A stretch of DNA of 61,107 nucleotides, the filler included, from Nitrospinae bacterium RIFCSPLOWO2_12_FULL_45_22 (GTDB lineage Bacteria > 2-12-FULL-45-22), in the NCBI GenBank assembly GCA_001803565.1. It is 5 parts of 5 records of this genome, joined end to end, with 100 filler letters (N's around TTAATTAATTAA, not from the genome) between each part and the next. Parts side by side here need not be neighbours in the genome. Positions count along the whole stretch, not along the records: positions 51,461 to 61,107 come from MHDQ01000052.1; 4 more parts are not named here. The stretch is one strand, 5' to 3'. The position numbers and the translations under genes are program-made. Of this stretch, positions 59,822 through 61,107 are shown one piece after another (positions within the stretch are counted from its first letter, which is position 1; every line of letters begins with the position of its first letter). The notes beneath the pieces were generated by a model. The model was given only the letters and a program-made list of their open reading frames with translations, made no database searches and was not told the origin of the DNA.

Positions 59822-61105
59822 CTAGGAGGGGAGTTTACCATGCCTTTGCAGATCATCCGCTACCTCTTTTAGCCCGAATCTCTCTAATGTCTCCCGCTTA
59901 GGGGCACCGCCAGTGATATCCCAACCCCGCAGTTGATAATATTCATCCTTTAGCTTCTCTAATTCTTCTGGGTCAATAGATACTTTAGTCTTTTTGTCCC
60001 GATCTGATTTCATCTCACGGTAGAAACCTTTGGCTAATTTATCATCCGCCCGGCTCAGGCCCTCTCGCACCTCAAAGGCCCTTTGCAGATGCCGTACCCG
60101 GGCTGAGGTTTCTATGAGAGATCCCACCGGGGTATCAACTCCGAAGCCTATACTCAAGATATGAGCCATATGTTTCGGTGTTATCGGGAGGCCAATAAAG
60201 GGGGTCATCCAGGTACATATACCTAATAAGTCTCCCAAACCATTTAGGTCCTCATTATAACTTACAAACGGTGCCTTCCCTTCTGTCAACCTGGGATCAG
60301 CGGCATCTCTTGTCCCAGCTATTTGCTTTGAAATAGCTTCCCATTTCTTTAACCTATTCTCTAAATCTTCTTGATCACCACTCATGCCAAAAGTTAAAGC
60401 AGTATCCATTTCGCTGACTATAAATCCTTTTATCCCCTCACCCGTGGCCGATACGGCAGTGGCCAACCCTATTCCCTTAAGAGGTGGGATGTGAGTATCC
60501 ATCGGAGACCCTTTGGCATGTTGAAGATACTCTTCTGCCCCTCTACCGATCTTCTTTGCTGCCTCTACTATCCCTTCGGCCAGAAGGTCCCCGATCTTTT
60601 CTCGCTGAAGTATCTTCCGGCTAATTTCTAAGATAGCCTCTCGGCTCCCATACTGCATGGGTATGCCATCAGTATCATCCTCGGTAATTATCTTATTTTT
60701 GTATAATTCCATTAGCCAGGCAATGATATTGGCCAGGGAACGGGCATCTATGCCAGCCTTCTGGCACAAAATCATGACCTCCCAGAATACCTTCATATCG
60801 GTATTCCTTAGGTCCCAGGTTAGATCAGCATAGGGACTGCATTTTACTACCCCGGCACCTATCCCAGAAATCTGATAGGAATCCATACAGGCTACAGGAC
60901 AGCCAAAGCAACCTACCCGCTTATACAGATGCTCTTTTAAAAAACCTTGGAGACTAAGATTCTCAGCCCAGGGTTCACCGATAAGGGAGTAAATAGCCCG
61001 ATATTCCCTATCCTGCCATCCCGTTAGCCCTACAGTGTGAATTTCCTTATAGGATGGGGCTTGTTTTATTAACTCGTGTAGTTTTTGACATTCTTCATAA
61101 AATTT
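59822..61105 (-). CDS. Aldehyde:ferredoxin oxidoreductase family, 5'-truncated by window end
   Basis: Frame open to the window end; GCFGCPVAC, GID, LLAEG, DLLGICTW, YYQLRGWD. Confidence 0.9.
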   Translation of the reverse strand, partial: KFYEECQKLHELIKQAPSYKEIHTVGLTGWQDREYRAIYSLIGEPWAENLSLQGFLKEHLYKRVGCFGCPVACMDSYQISGIGAGVVKCSPYADLTWDLRNTDMKVFWEVMILCQKAGIDARSLANIIAWLMELYKNKIITEDDTDGIPMQYGSREAILEISRKILQREKIGDLLAEGIVEAAKKIGRGAEEYLQHAKGSPMDTHIPPLKGIGLATAVSATGEGIKGFIVSEMDTALTFGMSGDQEDLENRLKKWEAISKQIAGTRDAADPRLTEGKAPFVSYNEDLNGLGDLLGICTWMTPFIGLPITPKHMAHILSIGFGVDTPVGSLIETSARVRHLQRAFEVREGLSRADDKLAKGFYREMKSDRDKKTKVSIDPEELEKLKDEYYQLRGWDITGGAPKRETLERFGLKEVADDLQRHGKLPS

Positions 61106-61107
61106 GG

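Noticed and set aside
1-61107. tRNA, rRNA or CRISPR arrays
   Set aside because: None recognised by eye; tRNAscan-SE and Infernal would be needed to exclude small RNAs

Overview
The window is not one locus. It is five assembly pieces joined by artificial N-TTAATTAATTAA-N linkers (17398, 32353, 41262, 51405), so gene neighbourhoods are only meaningful within a piece. Piece 1 (1-17353) has an IS1380-family transposase end and a co-oriented cluster of about 13 exported or lipoprotein genes, including three M48 metallopeptidases, an NHL-repeat protein, a TPR protein and an unannotated 58-aa lipoprotein carrying only the M48 H-P-x4-R plug motif. It continues with a decayed 3.9-kb DUF6431/DDE-integrase/ExeA-ATPase transposon containing six copies of a 17-bp palindromic insert, then an integron-cassette fragment (NUDIX gene, attC sites, group II intron remnants). 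Piece 2 is a Tc-type toxin complex: a TcB-TcC fusion with an SHH-type nuclease tip and a TcA-like subunit, interrupted by a REP-flanked RAYT. Pieces 3-4 are mostly housekeeping genes (cation/H+ antiporters, otsB, MaoC pair, radA, scpAB, dapA, dapF, lysA, argH, chorismate mutase) with MITEs and 7/8/9-mer hairpin repeats, ending in a KAP NTPase. Piece 5 has an AT-rich coupled operon (thymidylate-synthase-like, radical SAM/SPASM, uracil-DNA-glycosylase-DUF4065 fusion) converging on radC, UvrD-PD-(D/E)XK and YhcG, then an aldehyde:ferredoxin oxidoreductase. The best candidates for undescribed biology are the TS/rSAM/UDG operon, the 17-bp insert phenomenon and the M48 plug mini-lipoprotein. All family assignments come from motif recognition by eye, not database searches.
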